A DNA stretch of 63,306 bases, counting the filler, from Octopus bimaculoides (taxonomy: Eukaryota): NCBI RefSeq assembly GCF_001194135.2. It is 9 parts of 8 records of this genome, joined end to end, with 100 filler letters (N's around TTAATTAATTAA, not from the genome) between each part and the next. Parts side by side here need not be neighbours in the genome. Positions count along the whole stretch, not along the records: positions 46,552 to 51,558 come from NC_068990.1; positions 51,659 to 58,721 come from NC_069007.1; positions 58,822 to 62,074 come from NC_068991.1; positions 62,175 to 63,306 come from NW_026328562.1; 5 more parts are not named here. One strand, 5' to 3'. How positions within the stretch are numbered: the stretch's first letter is position 1; each line of letters opens with the position of its first letter. Positions 51,433 to 63,306 of this stretch are shown piece after piece. Position numbers and translations under genes: made by a program. A model generated the notes under the pieces. It was not told where the DNA came from and did not search any database. It was given only the letters and a program-made list of their open reading frames with translations.

Positions 51433-51968
51433 ATACATGTATGTATATATGTTTTTATATGTATGTGTATATATATATGTATATATATATGTATATATGT
51501 ATATATGTATGTATATATATATATATGTATATATGTATGTATATATATATATATGTATNNNNNNNNNNNNNNNNNNNNNNNNNNNNNNNNNNNNNNNNNN
51601 NNTTAATTAATTAANNNNNNNNNNNNNNNNNNNNNNNNNNNNNNNNNNNNNNNNNNNNTATATATATATATATACACATATATATATATATATCTATATG
51701 TATGTATATATTTGTATGCCTATGCACTTATATATGTATGTGCACACACACACACATACGCATGTATTATGTATGCATAAATCTTTCTGTCAATGTTCCC
51801 GTTATTTACCTGAACTCAACGACCGGAAGTAAGGCAACAGACCGGAAATAAAGCAACGATTCAAACAGTTTGGACTGCAATTTTCTGAAGCAGCCAATGG
51901 TTGCTGTCGATCAATAGACATAGAGGGACAACGTGTGGACCACACGCACACACACGCACACGCACACG

Positions 51969-52000
<32 letters not shown>

Positions 52001-52282
52001 TACGCATATACAAGCTCACACATACACACACGCTCACTGTATATACATACATATACACACATGCTCGCACAAGCATGGACAGACACACAAACACAGATGC
52101 ACACGCATACACTCACTTACATACACACGCACATACATGCACACAAACACAGACACAGGCACACACACACAAATACACAAGCACACACACATACATACAC
52201 ACATAAACTCACACATACATGCATACATACATATACACATGCTCACACACATCCTACAAATACATACACACAGAGTCTTTTA

Positions 52283-52895
52283 CGAAGGTGAGTCAATAAG
52301 TAATACCATTTTGTTTAGGACAGGCTATAATTACCAACACAGGAACACGTATCACTCATCAAAATGAAGCTGGTCCTCTGTGGATCACATCCCTACTTCT
52401 CAACATAGTCACCGTTTCTCTCAATAGCAATGTCTCACCTTCGAACGAGAGCATGTATCCCTGCCCCGTAAAATCCTGTTGACTGTTCTTTGAGCCATTT
52501 CTTCACTACAGTTTTTACTCCCTCGTCACTGGAATAATGTTTGCTTCTCAAACACTCTTTTATAGGTTTCTTTGTTCGAGAAGTTCAGTGCAGGCATTGA
52601 CCCTGTCTATATCTTGTGTTCGGTAGTCAGCTCTCTCGGTACCCAACGGACACACACTTTTGAAAACCAAGTTATTTGACAACGTCGTAAGCACTTCCGT
52701 GGCTCATTTCAAGGTCTTCTGCCAACTCATCAAGATTTATGCGCCTGTCTTCTCTGATCAGAGCATCTGCTTTTGATTTATTGGCAGGATTCACAGAAGC
52801 GGACGAACGGCCTGAATGGGGTCTATCGGCTACACTCACAGTTCCCACCTTTTCAGCTTTCAGACGACGGACCCACCTGCATACATTGCTATCGA
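52283..52895 (-). mobile_element. mariner (DD34D-type) transposon, internally deleted
   Basis: NVCRWVRRLK...DRPHSGRS...LIREDRRI...LAEDLEMSHGS, KVCVRWVPRELT, C-terminal FYGAGIHALVRR...NGDYVEK*; TA+CGAAGGTGAGTCAATAAG terminus at 52281-52300. Confidence 0.88.
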
Positions 52896-53009
52896 GCCCT
52901 GAGGACGATGTAATCGACTTACTCCCTCCCACGAAATTGCTGGCCATGTATCGAGATTTAACACACATACGCACACGCACACACACACACACAGATATAT
53001 ATACATGTG

Positions 53010-53175
53010 TGTGTGTATATATATGCGACGCGCTTCTTTCAGTTTCCGTCTACCAAATTCACTCACAAGGCTTCGGTCAGTCCAAGGCTACAGTAGAAGA
53101 CACTTGCCCAAGGAACCACGCACTGCAACTGAACCCGGAACCATCTGACTGGAAAGCAAGCTTCTTACCACACAA
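53010..53175 (-). mobile_element. SINE family A 5' half
   Basis: tttcagtttccgtctaccaaattcactcacaagg...acttgcccaagg. Confidence 0.85.
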
Positions 53176-53210
53176 TATACTATACATACACACATATACG
53201 TACATACATT

Positions 53211-53278
<68 letters not shown>

Positions 53279-53380
53279 CCGATCCACACAGACATGTATG
53301 CACATATGAATGTATGCATGAATATATATGTATACACACACACATATAGTTAGCTAGCTAGATAGATTGATAGTTAGATA

Positions 53381-53411
<31 letters not shown>

Positions 53412-54891
53412 GATAGATAGATAGATAGAAATATGTACACATAATATGCATATATGCATATATACATAATATATATTGTATATATGTACATACAATTTGC
53501 ATATATATATATATATTTATACACACACAAAGACAGACATATATGTATCTACATATGTATGTATGCATGCATGTATGTACGTATGTATGTACGCATGTAT
53601 GTATGCATGCATGTATGTATGTATGTATGTATGTATGTATGTATGTATGTATGTATATATGGTACAGTTACAGATGCAAGTAAACGATAGTCATTCGTTA
53701 ATACTTCTGTAAAACACGAAGTTCTTTTCGCTGGCGAACATTAATTGTACAAATACAAAACGTATGTAACACTTGCTGAAACATTTGATCTGTGCACCCA
53801 GAATTAATGATATATTTGATTTCGGTGTGGGTCACCCGTTTGTTTACAAACAGTCTTTTATCATTGTCACGTTGGAAAGACGTTTTAACACCCACAAACA
53901 GCAAAAACTCCCATCAGTCCGAACTAATCTCTCTTTTGTCGCATTCTGGTGAAATTGGAATTTGTAATTTGGTATCTTTTGCATACGGAGCAATGTGTAT
54001 GTATATATGTATGTATATATGTATGTATATATGTATGTATATATGTATGTATATATGTATGNNNNNNNNNNNNNNNNNNNNNNNNNNNNNNNNNNNNNNN
54101 NNNNNNNNNNNNNNNNNNNNNNNNNNNNNNNNNNNNNNNNNNNNNNNNNNNNNNNNNNNNNNNNNNNNNNNNNNNNNNNNNNNNNNNNNNNNNNNNNNNN
54201 NNNNNNNNNNNNNNNNNNNNNNNNNNNNNNNNNNNNNNNNNNNNNNNNNNNNNNNNNNNNNNNNNNNNNNNNNNNNNNNNNNNNNNNNNNNNNNNNNNNN
54301 NNNNNNNNNNNNNNNNNNNNNNNNNNNNNNNNNNNNNNNNNNNNNNNNNNNNNNNNNNNNNNNNNNNNNNNNNNNNNNNNNNNNNNNNNNNNNNNNNNNN
54401 NNNNNNNNNNNNNNNNNNNNNNNNNNNNNNNNNNNNNNNNNNNNNNNNNNNNNNNNNNNNNNNNNNNNNNNNNNNNNNNNNNNNNNNNNNNNNNNNNNNN
54501 NNNNNNNNNNNNNNNNNNNNNNNNNNNNNNNNNNNNNNNNNNNNNNNNNNNNNNNNNNNNNNNNNNNNNNNNNNNNNNNNNNNNNNNNNNNNNNNNNNNN
54601 NNNNNNNNNNNNNNNNNNNNNNNNNNNNNNNNNNNNNNNNNNNNNNNNNNNNNNNNNNNNNNNNNNNNNNNNNNNNNNNNNNNNNNNNNNNNNNNNNNNN
54701 NNNNNNNNNNNNNNNNNNNNNNNNNNNNNNNNNNNNNNNNNNNNNNNNNNNNNNNNNNNNNNNNNNNNNNNNNNNNNNNNNNNNNNNNNNNNNNNNNNNN
54801 NNNNNNNNNNNNNNNNNNNNNNNNNNNNNNNNNNNNNNNNNNNNNNNNNNNNNNNNNNNNNNNNNNNNNNNNNNNNNNNNNNNNNNNNNNN

Positions 54892-54928
<37 letters not shown>

Positions 54929-55939
54929 TTGCATGCATGCATACAAACATACATACATATGTATATATGTATGTATGTATGTATATGTGTTACTGAAATA
55001 GATAATAGATGGAATTTAACTGAGATGAACTGAGAGAAATTCTTCTAGATCCCCCCCGGTCCACCTACACATCCACCAACTCCCCCACAAATATCCAGAA
55101 CTCTGTGATTTATTTACACAATTATACCCCCATTATTACCATATTTGGCTCCACGTAACACCAACCCATAAATCTCTTCATTATTCCGTTGTTTCACACT
55201 GTATTTAAGTCTAAACTGATGGAGTGCATAGGAACAGGTTTATTATTAAACTCCTACACTACGTTTCACAAATATGCTCTGGTTCGTTCGTTTTTATGAT
55301 GCTATTCTCTGTACAAACACAACGCTGTATTACAAATCATTGCTCTACATTTCACAGCGTATCGCCATATTGGAAGATGGCTGCCTCTGAAGTAGCAGGA
55401 AGAGGTACTCGCCACAGTTGTGGCAGCAGTTGGCTTGATAACATTCACAAACACACCTTCAATTTATTTCAAATAAATGGAATAAAAATATCGAATTTAC
55501 ATTTAAAAAATTAATTGATAGGATCAGACAGATACAGATTTAATCTTAAACACACACTAATCTACTGGAAGATATACACACACACACACACACACACACT
55601 TACACTTATTGTGACATCATAAGAATTTATTAACTTTTGATAGAACGTGAAATAATTATTTTTTGAGGGCGAAAAGCCTTTTTGGAGAGAAAAAATGTCG
55701 AAGGTAGTCTGTCGGAAATTCGAAAGATTGCTTTGGTCCAGTGGTAGAAAGTCTGTCAAACAAAGAGATGTGGGTTCGTGTCTCACAGGCAACCTTTAGC
55801 TTTTGCCATCCAACCGGATTTTTCAGCTAATATTTACATGCTATTATTTATAGCTCTATGTGCATCGAGAGCCATTGTTCTAAAAAAAAAAACAAAAAAA
55901 AAACTAAAAATAGCGTTGGAAATATTTAATCGAACGTAA

Positions 55940-56050
55940 GGCGGCGAGCTGGCAGAATCGTTAATACGCCGGACGAAATGTTTAGCAGTATTTCGTATTT
56001 ACATCCTGAGTTCAAATTCCGCCGAGGTCGACTTTGCTTTTTATCCTTTC
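55940..56050 (+). mobile_element. SINE family B 5' half
   Basis: ggcggcgagctggcagaatcgtta...gagttcaaattccgccgaggtcgactttgc. Confidence 0.85.
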
Positions 56051-56944
56051 AAACAAATTTTTACCCTCTCAAACAAATTCTAAGAGGAACTGGTTATTCT
56101 GTTCTTCACCTTCTTCAAGTTCTTTATCCACTTAGAGGTTCGACCTGAACGAGACCGCTAACAACTTAACCATACCATCTGTTTAGTTCTTCACTACGAT
56201 GTCGGACGATATGGACTTGTTTTTCCATGCGCCGAACTTCAAACCCATCGAATTGTCTGAGCTAACATTTGATCCTGTCACCAACTCGTAGTCCTTTACT
56301 GTGATGTCGACCACCACCACCACCGTTATGGTTACATCGTCCACATACATCGACCCACAGCTCTCTCACATCGCAGCTCGAAAAGGGATGCCCCCTCAAT
56401 ACTGCCAGTTTCCGTAGTAAGGGTTCGAAGTCAATTCATTAAAAAAACGGTCTCAAGACGGAGCGATTCAAAACGTTTCTGAAAGTAATCAGTTATGACC
56501 ACAGATCAAACTGTCATCGAAGTTTGAAGTGAGTCAGGCTCTGAAAAACGACTGACACCGGTTCCAAGTAGTGATGATCAATCCTATTGAAAGCTTTCGA
56601 TTGATCCAAATTGATCAAAGTCCGCCAAAGCTAGATTTGTTAGTCCTTGTCTTTGCGATGCATCACGTAATAGGGAGACTACCGCGCGTAGATCTGCTCG
56701 AGATTATGGTTTTCTGACCAAACTGTCGACGTAAGCGATAATCTCTTTGTTAACACCTTAGCCAAAATCCTAATTAATCCATTCGGCAGAGTTATAGTCC
56801 GGAAATTGTCAATAACAACCCTCTTCTTTCGCATCAGTGCTGCCACTCCTCGGTTTATAGCACTATCAGTTCTCCCATTCTTCTGCCAGTTACAGCTGAT
56901 GTCTGCTAAGACATCGGCAAACAAGTTCAGAATTTTTAGGTAAA

Positions 56945-57300
56945 GATCATCATCATCATTTAAAGTCCGCTCTTCATGCTGGTACGGATTAGACGGTTTG
57001 ACTGAAGCTGATGTGCCGGAGAGCTGCACCACGTTTCCAGTCTGATTTGGCATGGTTTCTACAGCTGGATGTCCTTCCTAACGCCAACCGCTCCGCGAGT
57101 GTAACGGGTGCTTTTACGTGCCACCGACACCGGTGCCATTTACATGACACCAGCAACGACCATGACTACGATTCGCGGGTGGGTGCCATTATTTACGTGG
57201 CACCGGCAGCGACCCCGACGATTCATGGTTGCCATGACTATGACCAGCGACCACGATTCCTGAAGTGCCAATTTACATGGCACCATGCAGGGAATATTCA
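56945..57300 (-). mobile_element. SINE family E copy with RTE-like (GAT)n tail
   Basis: Reverse complement ends ccagcatgaagagcggactttaaatgatgatgat, matching 25200-25258. Confidence 0.8.
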
Positions 57301-57404
57301 TTAAAATCAGGTGCACACACACACACAGGCACACGCACACAAACACAGGCACACGCACACACACAAGTACACACACATACACACGTACATAAACTCACAC
57401 ATAC

Positions 57405-57527
57405 GCTCTGGAACATGTATCTTACATCAAAATGAAGCTGGTCCTCTGTGGATCACATCCCTACTTCTCAACATAGTCACCGTTTCTCTCAATAGCAATG
57501 TTCCACCTTCGAATGAGAGCATGTATC
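57405..57527 (-). mobile_element. Second fragment of the same mariner 3' end
   Basis: Near-identical to 52350-52460. Confidence 0.85.
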
Positions 57528-57750
57528 TCTATCCGTTGTACAATGACTTACCGGCATAAGTGCAGATATTGACTTTCCGTAGCATTTCACATCTTTTGAT
57601 GAGAGTAATGGCAGGCCGTCGAGGTAGGAACTAAAATTTACTACTGTCTTCAGCCCATTTCTTACCCTTATCCTTTAAGCAATTAAGTACAGAGTCGTCG
57701 GAATGCCATCTGCATCTACATAGAATCAAATAACACTGAGTGCACGTTCC

Positions 57751-57859
57751 TCATATTTCTTTACTGCCCACAAGGGGCTAAACATAGAGGGGACAAACAA
57801 GGACAGACAAACGTACTGAGTCGATTACATCGACCCCAGTGCGTAACTGGTACTTAATT
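57751..57859 (-). mobile_element. SINE family B 3' half
   Basis: atttctttactgcccacaaggggctaaacatagaggggacaaac. Confidence 0.85.
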
Positions 57860-58250
57860 GTTTAGCTTTTAAGAAGTGGTCGAGTGTCATTTTGGTCTCG
57901 TACATCGTGATGCCTTTCTTGACCTCCTCTTCTAATTTACTTAAAAACTTCTTACTCCAAGTTATTTTCTCTAACGTTTCTTCGTTACTAAACTTTACCG
58001 ATTCCATTTTAATTGTCCTCCTTAGTGAGCTCTACCGACCACCTTCGTCAACTGACTCCTAATTCGCTAATCCACGCTTCCGGTGCCGGATACGATGCGA
58101 TCAGTTTCCCGAAAGAGATTCTTGTTTATTAGTTAACTTAGCAGATCCCAAATTCGTTGATATTATGGACATCCTACATTGTCCCTATCCGTTGAACTAA
58201 CAAATACCACATTGAGATACGATCTGGCTGGCCCGATGCAGTTACTCCGT

Positions 58251-58463
58251 TTCTTATTTCTTTACTGCCCGCAAGGGGTTACGCTACACACAGAGGGGAC
58301 GAACAAGGACAGACTAACGGATTAAGTCGATTATATCAACACCAGTGCATAACTGGTACTTCTCTAATCGACTCTGAAAGAATGAAAGTCGACCTCGGCG
58401 GAGTTTGAACTCAGAACGTAAAGACGGACAAAATACCGTTAAGCATTTCGCCCGGAGTGCTAA
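58251..58463 (-). mobile_element. SINE family B
   Basis: Reverse complement match to 37615-37810. Confidence 0.88.
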
Positions 58464-59239
58464 GGGATACTGAAACTTCAAGTTCTGTTTTTCTTCAACC
58501 CATTTCCCATTGAATATTTCTGATGGTCAAAAGCACAAGGTGTGATCAAAGATTCTCCAATTGTGGACATTTTTCCTGCTTCACTACATCCAGTTCTATG
58601 TCGCAAGAAGCTTTGTTCTTTTGGTTTATTTCTTGAAATTCCCGTGAAATCCAGCTTCGTTTTCTTGAGAACATTCCCATGATTACGAATGATTACAGTC
58701 TGGATAGATGGCGCTGCAAGCNNNNNNNNNNNNNNNNNNNNNNNNNNNNNNNNNNNNNNNNNNNNTTAATTAATTAANNNNNNNNNNNNNNNNNNNNNNN
58801 NNNNNNNNNNNNNNNNNNNNNATATATATTATGTATATCGGAGAATATACGAAAAAACAACAACAGACGAGGACAGGCGGTGTAAACGACAAAAGGATTA
58901 TTAGTATGACGCTCGGGAATACGGAAAGTCTTTAACGTTTCGAGCTACGCTCTTCAACAGAAAGAATACGGAGACAAGGAGAAAAACACGGAGAAAAAAA
59001 ATTGAATAGTGTTCGGTCAACGGTCAATCATAGCTATGGCTGACCGGAAGTTAGAAATTTTTTTTACACAGGAGAGCTAAGAAAAGGGGGAGAAAGAACG
59101 GTGATCGAAGAACGAGGGGCTGTGTGTGTGAGAGATAGAATGCTGGTGGTCTTGACGTATGCATGTGTGAAAATGGGGAGGGGAGAAAGGAGTTGGTCAG
59201 TTATTATACACATATATATAGAGAGACATACATACATAC

Positions 59240-59395
59240 AAACGTTCAGTTACCGTCTACCAAATACACTCACAAAGCTTTGGACGACCCGAGGTGATTG
59301 TAGAAGACACTTGCCGAAGGTGCCATTGGGTGAGCCCGAACTTGGAAGATCGTGGCTGGGAAGCAAACTTCTTACCACTCAGCCACGCCTATGCC
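59240..59395 (-). mobile_element. SINE family A 5' half
   Basis: cgtctaccaaatacactcacaaagc...agacacttgcc...cagccacgcct. Confidence 0.8.
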
Positions 59396-60149
59396 TCTCC
59401 CACACCGGCAGATCTGCGCCTATTGCTTATATTATTCACAACATTCAGTGTTGACTAATAACTCCATAGATATATTGTATATTACATTATAGCAATGAAA
59501 TGACACATCCTTAACACATCAGTACAGAAGGATTAAATACCTTTACTATGTTCAGAGCATAGAATGACAGTAATTCGTCACAAACAAAATATTGATTATT
59601 TTTGGATTAAAATATGAAAATTATGAAAACTAAATAGATAAATGAATAAATAAAAACAGGAATAACATATGTAACAAACCATGCATAAGAAAAAGCATAC
59701 AAAATATCAGAGTTATCCGCTTCACTAAAATACTATTTATAGTAATCTAAACATATTCTGGAATTTTGTGAGCTTTTCTTACAGAATCAGAAGAATAAGA
59801 GAATTTATTTTTAAGTCTCAGATTACTTTGAGTATGTATTGGATTGTATAAATCTTTTAATGAAAAATTTCAGTTCAAGAAAGTCTATGACACCTTTACA
59901 TTCTTTCCTCTACCCCATTCATCCTTTCCTCTACCCCATTCATCCTTTCTGTCTCCCAGCGTTCTCTCTCTCTCTCTCTCTCTCTCTGTATATATATATA
60001 TATATATATACATACACAGATCATACATATGCATAGTGTGCATGCATCTATGCATGTAATTCTGTATACACATACATATATCTATACATATTTATATGTT
60101 TTGCCATATATACGTAGATATATGCATATATATATATGTATCTGTGTGT

Positions 60150-60192
<43 letters not shown>

Positions 60193-60220
60193 CATGTGTG
60201 TCTGTGTGTTTGACTATATT

Positions 60221-60448
60221 TTATTATTGCCCACAGGCTGACTAAGCATAGAGGGGATAAACAAGGACAGACATAAGGATTAAGTTGATTGCATCGAACC
60301 AGTGCGTAACTGGTACTTATTTAATCGAGCCCGAAAGGATGAAAGGCAAAGTCGACCTCGGCGAAATTTGAACTCGGAACGTAACGGCAGACGAAATACC
60401 GCTAAACATTTCGCCCGGCGTGCTAATGATTTTGCCAGCTCGCCGCAC
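60221..60448 (-). mobile_element. SINE family B, full length, with 16-bp TSD
   Basis: TSD tgtgtttgactatatt (60205-60220) vs tgtgtttgactacatt (60449-60464). Confidence 0.9.
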
Positions 60449-60749
60449 TGTGTTTGACTACATTATATGCATACAAATATACAGAATTTCTCTATATCAG
60501 ATGTTGGAGTTCATACTGCCTTTTACACTGCATTAATCACCCCAACCTTCGTATCTTTACTCGCCTTCTTCTTTTTTTCTATTCACCTAAAGCCTGTACT
60601 TTACTTCTGTGTCCCTCATCCTTTTATAAATATGCACCATTTCTCTTTGTCGTTAACCTTACATTTCCGTCTTCAGATGAAGAACTATGTCCGAAACGTC
60701 TTACAACTTATCTTTTTCCGATGAAGCATGTGCATATAGCTAGCTAGCT

Positions 60750-60847
<98 letters not shown>

Positions 60848-60851
60848 GAGG

Positions 60852-60940
60852 TTTAGTAGAAGTAACAGAGTGACTCAAAGTCCGAGAGTTTCGTGTGTTG
60901 GCACTCTCGGACCTTGAGTCACTCTGTTACTTCTGCTAAA
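60852..60940. repeat. 89-nt foldback: 38-bp arms with 2 differences, 13-nt loop
   Basis: tttagtagaagtaacagagtgactcaaagtccgagagt / actctcggaccttgagtcactctgttacttctgctaaa. Confidence 0.95.
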
Positions 60941-61772
60941 TATTGACAAAATTATACATATATTCATATTTTGATTTCAGTTCTCCCTCTTTGCATCAAT
61001 ATACCTGTACATATATATGCGCGCGCGTGCGTGTGTGTAGTTAATTCAAATAAATGAATAATAAAATTAAGACAGCAAGAGGACGTGAACAAGGAATGTA
61101 CTGGCTTTATGCTCGATAAAAAGAGAGAGAGAGATTGACGTTTCGAGCATAGCTCTTCGCCGGAACAGAGAAAGGGAAAAGTCCTAGATTGAAGTTAAGT
61201 GAGCCACGGACGAATTAAAATGATTCGCACACGCACACACACACACACACACACAGTAGGTGTACTTGTCTCCCAAGTGATTTTATCTGAGACCGTGCGT
61301 TGAAACTAAAACAATTACAGTATCAAAGACACGTATTGGCCGTTCAAAAATCACTTAACCGTTTATTATTTGGTGTAAATATTCTCTTCGCACTGACTGC
61401 GACCCGGTTACCGACATAGTTCCGTTTGCATTGGAAATGGGCTGATAAACAGCTGGTAAATACTATGATGAACATTTTGACACCAAATAATAAATTGTCT
61501 TAGTGTAATTTTGAATGACTAATGTGTTCTAAACACTGTAATTGCATATCTTTTATTTGTTTCATTCGTTGGACTGTAGCCATGCTGTAGCACCGCCACG
61601 AAGAGTTTTACTCAATCAAATCATCTGCAGAACTTATCTTTAGGTCTGGTACTCATTGTTTTGGTCTCTCTACTGAACCGCTAATTCACGGGCTGTAAAG
61701 AAACTGACACTGGTTGTTATTTGGTGACAAGGAATCAAACACAGACGCAAAGGCACATATACGTACAAACAT

Positions 61773-62074
61773 TGTTGTTGTTGGCACTCCGTCGCTTACG
61801 ACGTCGAGGGTTCCAGTCGATCCGATCAACGGAACAGCCTGCTCGTGAAATTAACGTGCAAGTGGCTGAGCAATCCACAGACACGTGTACCCTTAACGTA
61901 GTTCTCGGGGATATTCAGTGTGACACAGTGTGACAAGGCTGGCCTTTTGAAATACAAATACAACAGAAACAGAAAGTAAGAGTGAGAGAAAGTTGTGGTG
62001 GCAGAGTACAGCAGGGTTCGTCACCGTCCCCTGCCGGAGCCTCGTGGAGCTTTAGGTATTTTCGCTCAATAAAC
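61773..62074 (-). mobile_element. SINE family C (head lost in gap), adjoining an old family A remnant
   Basis: Reverse complement match to 44765-45061 including the (AAC)n tail. Confidence 0.9.
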
Positions 62075-62230
62075 NNNNNNNNNNNNNNNNNNNNNNNNNN
62101 NNNNNNNNNNNNNNNNNNTTAATTAATTAANNNNNNNNNNNNNNNNNNNNNNNNNNNNNNNNNNNNNNNNNNNNAAAAATTGAATAGTGTTATATATATA
62201 TATAAGCATTTCACCTAGCGTGCTAACGTT

Positions 62231-62465
62231 TCTTATTTCTTTACTGCCCACAAGGGGCTACACGCAGAGGGGACAGACAAGGACAGACAAACGGATTAAG
62301 TCGATTATATCGACCCCAGTACGCAACTGGTACTTAATTTATCAACCCAGGAAGGATGAAAGGCAAAGTCGACCTCGGCGGAATTTCGACTCAGAACGTA
62401 AAGACAGACGAAACACCGCTAAGCATTTCACCCGGCGGGCTAACGTTTCTGTTAGCTCGTCGCCT
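62231..62465 (-). mobile_element. SINE family B, full length
   Basis: Reverse complement match from head to tail. Confidence 0.9.
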
Positions 62466-63165
62466 TATCCAAGTGCTCTAAGTACTATTGGAATAAATGT
62501 AAATTTGTAATCCGGATATAGACGCTGGAGGTTTGGAAACAGTTGTCCATAGTTATCTTCTTTCTCTTTGATGTTCAAAGAGATATATTCACATCAGGAG
62601 AACAGCTGACTTCAATGACGGTACGTACTTTTTCTTATCTGTCCCAAATAACAATATCCGGTCCGTTATGCTTAGACTTGACAGATGTTTTGATGGGAAC
62701 GTTCCACCAGCACTCCTTCTGCTGATATTAGTGTACAAATTCTATAACAGGTGGATTCTCAACATTTATTCCAGACAGCCTTTTTTTTCCGAATGGTATT
62801 GTATAATGTTTTATAACAGCGTCGTATTGCATTGAGAGGTAGTACCGCGATCACATTTTTGGGCAGATGCTAATCACGTGTGATGTAATTCCACAGAAAT
62901 ATGACAATCTGCATTTTAGATTGAATCTTGGATCTCTGTTGTTGATAAGGTGTTTAGTCAAAATCTCCTGTTCTCGGATTTTTTTTGGGGGGGGGGGGNN
63001 NNNNNNNNNNNNNNNNNNNNNNNNNNNNNAATCGGTCGATACACAGTTAAGTTTATTTAAAAGAAAGTTGGTCATCTTCTGTTGGTTGTTTTTCCTCGCA
63101 TTAGGTACTAAATGTGGTTATTTTGAGAAGTCCACTGTGTGGCGTTATTATTTTTCTGTAATAAT
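62466..63165 (-). mobile_element. RLE LINE fragment, same subfamily as 27954-28655
   Basis: IREQEILTKHLINNRD...CRL...HVISICP; WWNVPIKTSVKCKHNGPDIVIWD; KEKEDNYGQLFPNLQRLYPDYKFTFIPIVL. Confidence 0.85.
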
Positions 63166-63306
63166 GCCCTTTATATACATGCATATATATATATATATAT
63201 ATATGAACATACATGTTTGTATACGTGTATACATACATACATGTATGCATACACACATACATACGTACATAGATGCATACATATATAAATACATACATAC
63301 ATATAT

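Larger units (their letters stand above)
56075..58250 (-). mobile_element. Tx1/L1-clade LINE, decayed and interrupted by several younger repeats
   Basis: 58250-57870: APE end and linker (ARSYL..VFV, LEEEVKKG). 56945-56075: WQKNG, DNFRTITLPN..RILAKVL.KRL, DQ.KAF, EPLLRKL, YVDDVTI. Confidence 0.75.

Noticed and set aside
55358-55410. Acceptor-flanked segment as exon 2 of the 48-kb gene (also 59790 and 60980)
   Set aside because: In the required phase each reaches a stop or repeat DNA quickly, with no convincing donor.

Overview
This is AT-rich, microsatellite-saturated, gap-ridden animal DNA. The repeat families point to a cephalopod, most likely an Octopus bimaculoides-type draft assembly (inference). 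No complete host gene is present. The window is mostly intronic or intergenic: at least five tRNA-headed or RTE-tailed SINE families, and decayed autonomous elements (Penelope-like retroelements, R4/Dong-type restriction-endonuclease LINEs, RTE, Tx1/L1, CR1/L2, mariner, maT/DD37D, plus hAT and piggyBac MITEs). Almost all long ORFs in the supplied track are artefacts of N-gaps or di/tri/tetranucleotide repeats. Most notable: (1) a Penelope-like element at 41.8-43.9 kb with an inverted pseudo-LTR carrying a recognisable but mutated type I hammerhead ribozyme, plus several more hammerhead-like relics; (2) a three-level nest at 43.9-45.8 kb, where a SINE with an 11-bp TSD sits in an R4/Dong LINE that itself sits in the (AAT)n tract of another SINE; (3) a probable first coding exon with a signal peptide behind a CCAAT box at 48.3 kb, and a possible alternative same-phase first exon at 33.2 kb; (4) a near-perfect 89-nt hairpin at 60.9 kb; (5) an apparent CpG-depleted to CpG-retaining transition near 14 kb. 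I found no evidence that proves a wholly new biological system; the strongest leads are the ribozyme-bearing Penelope lineage and microsatellite-targeted nesting.
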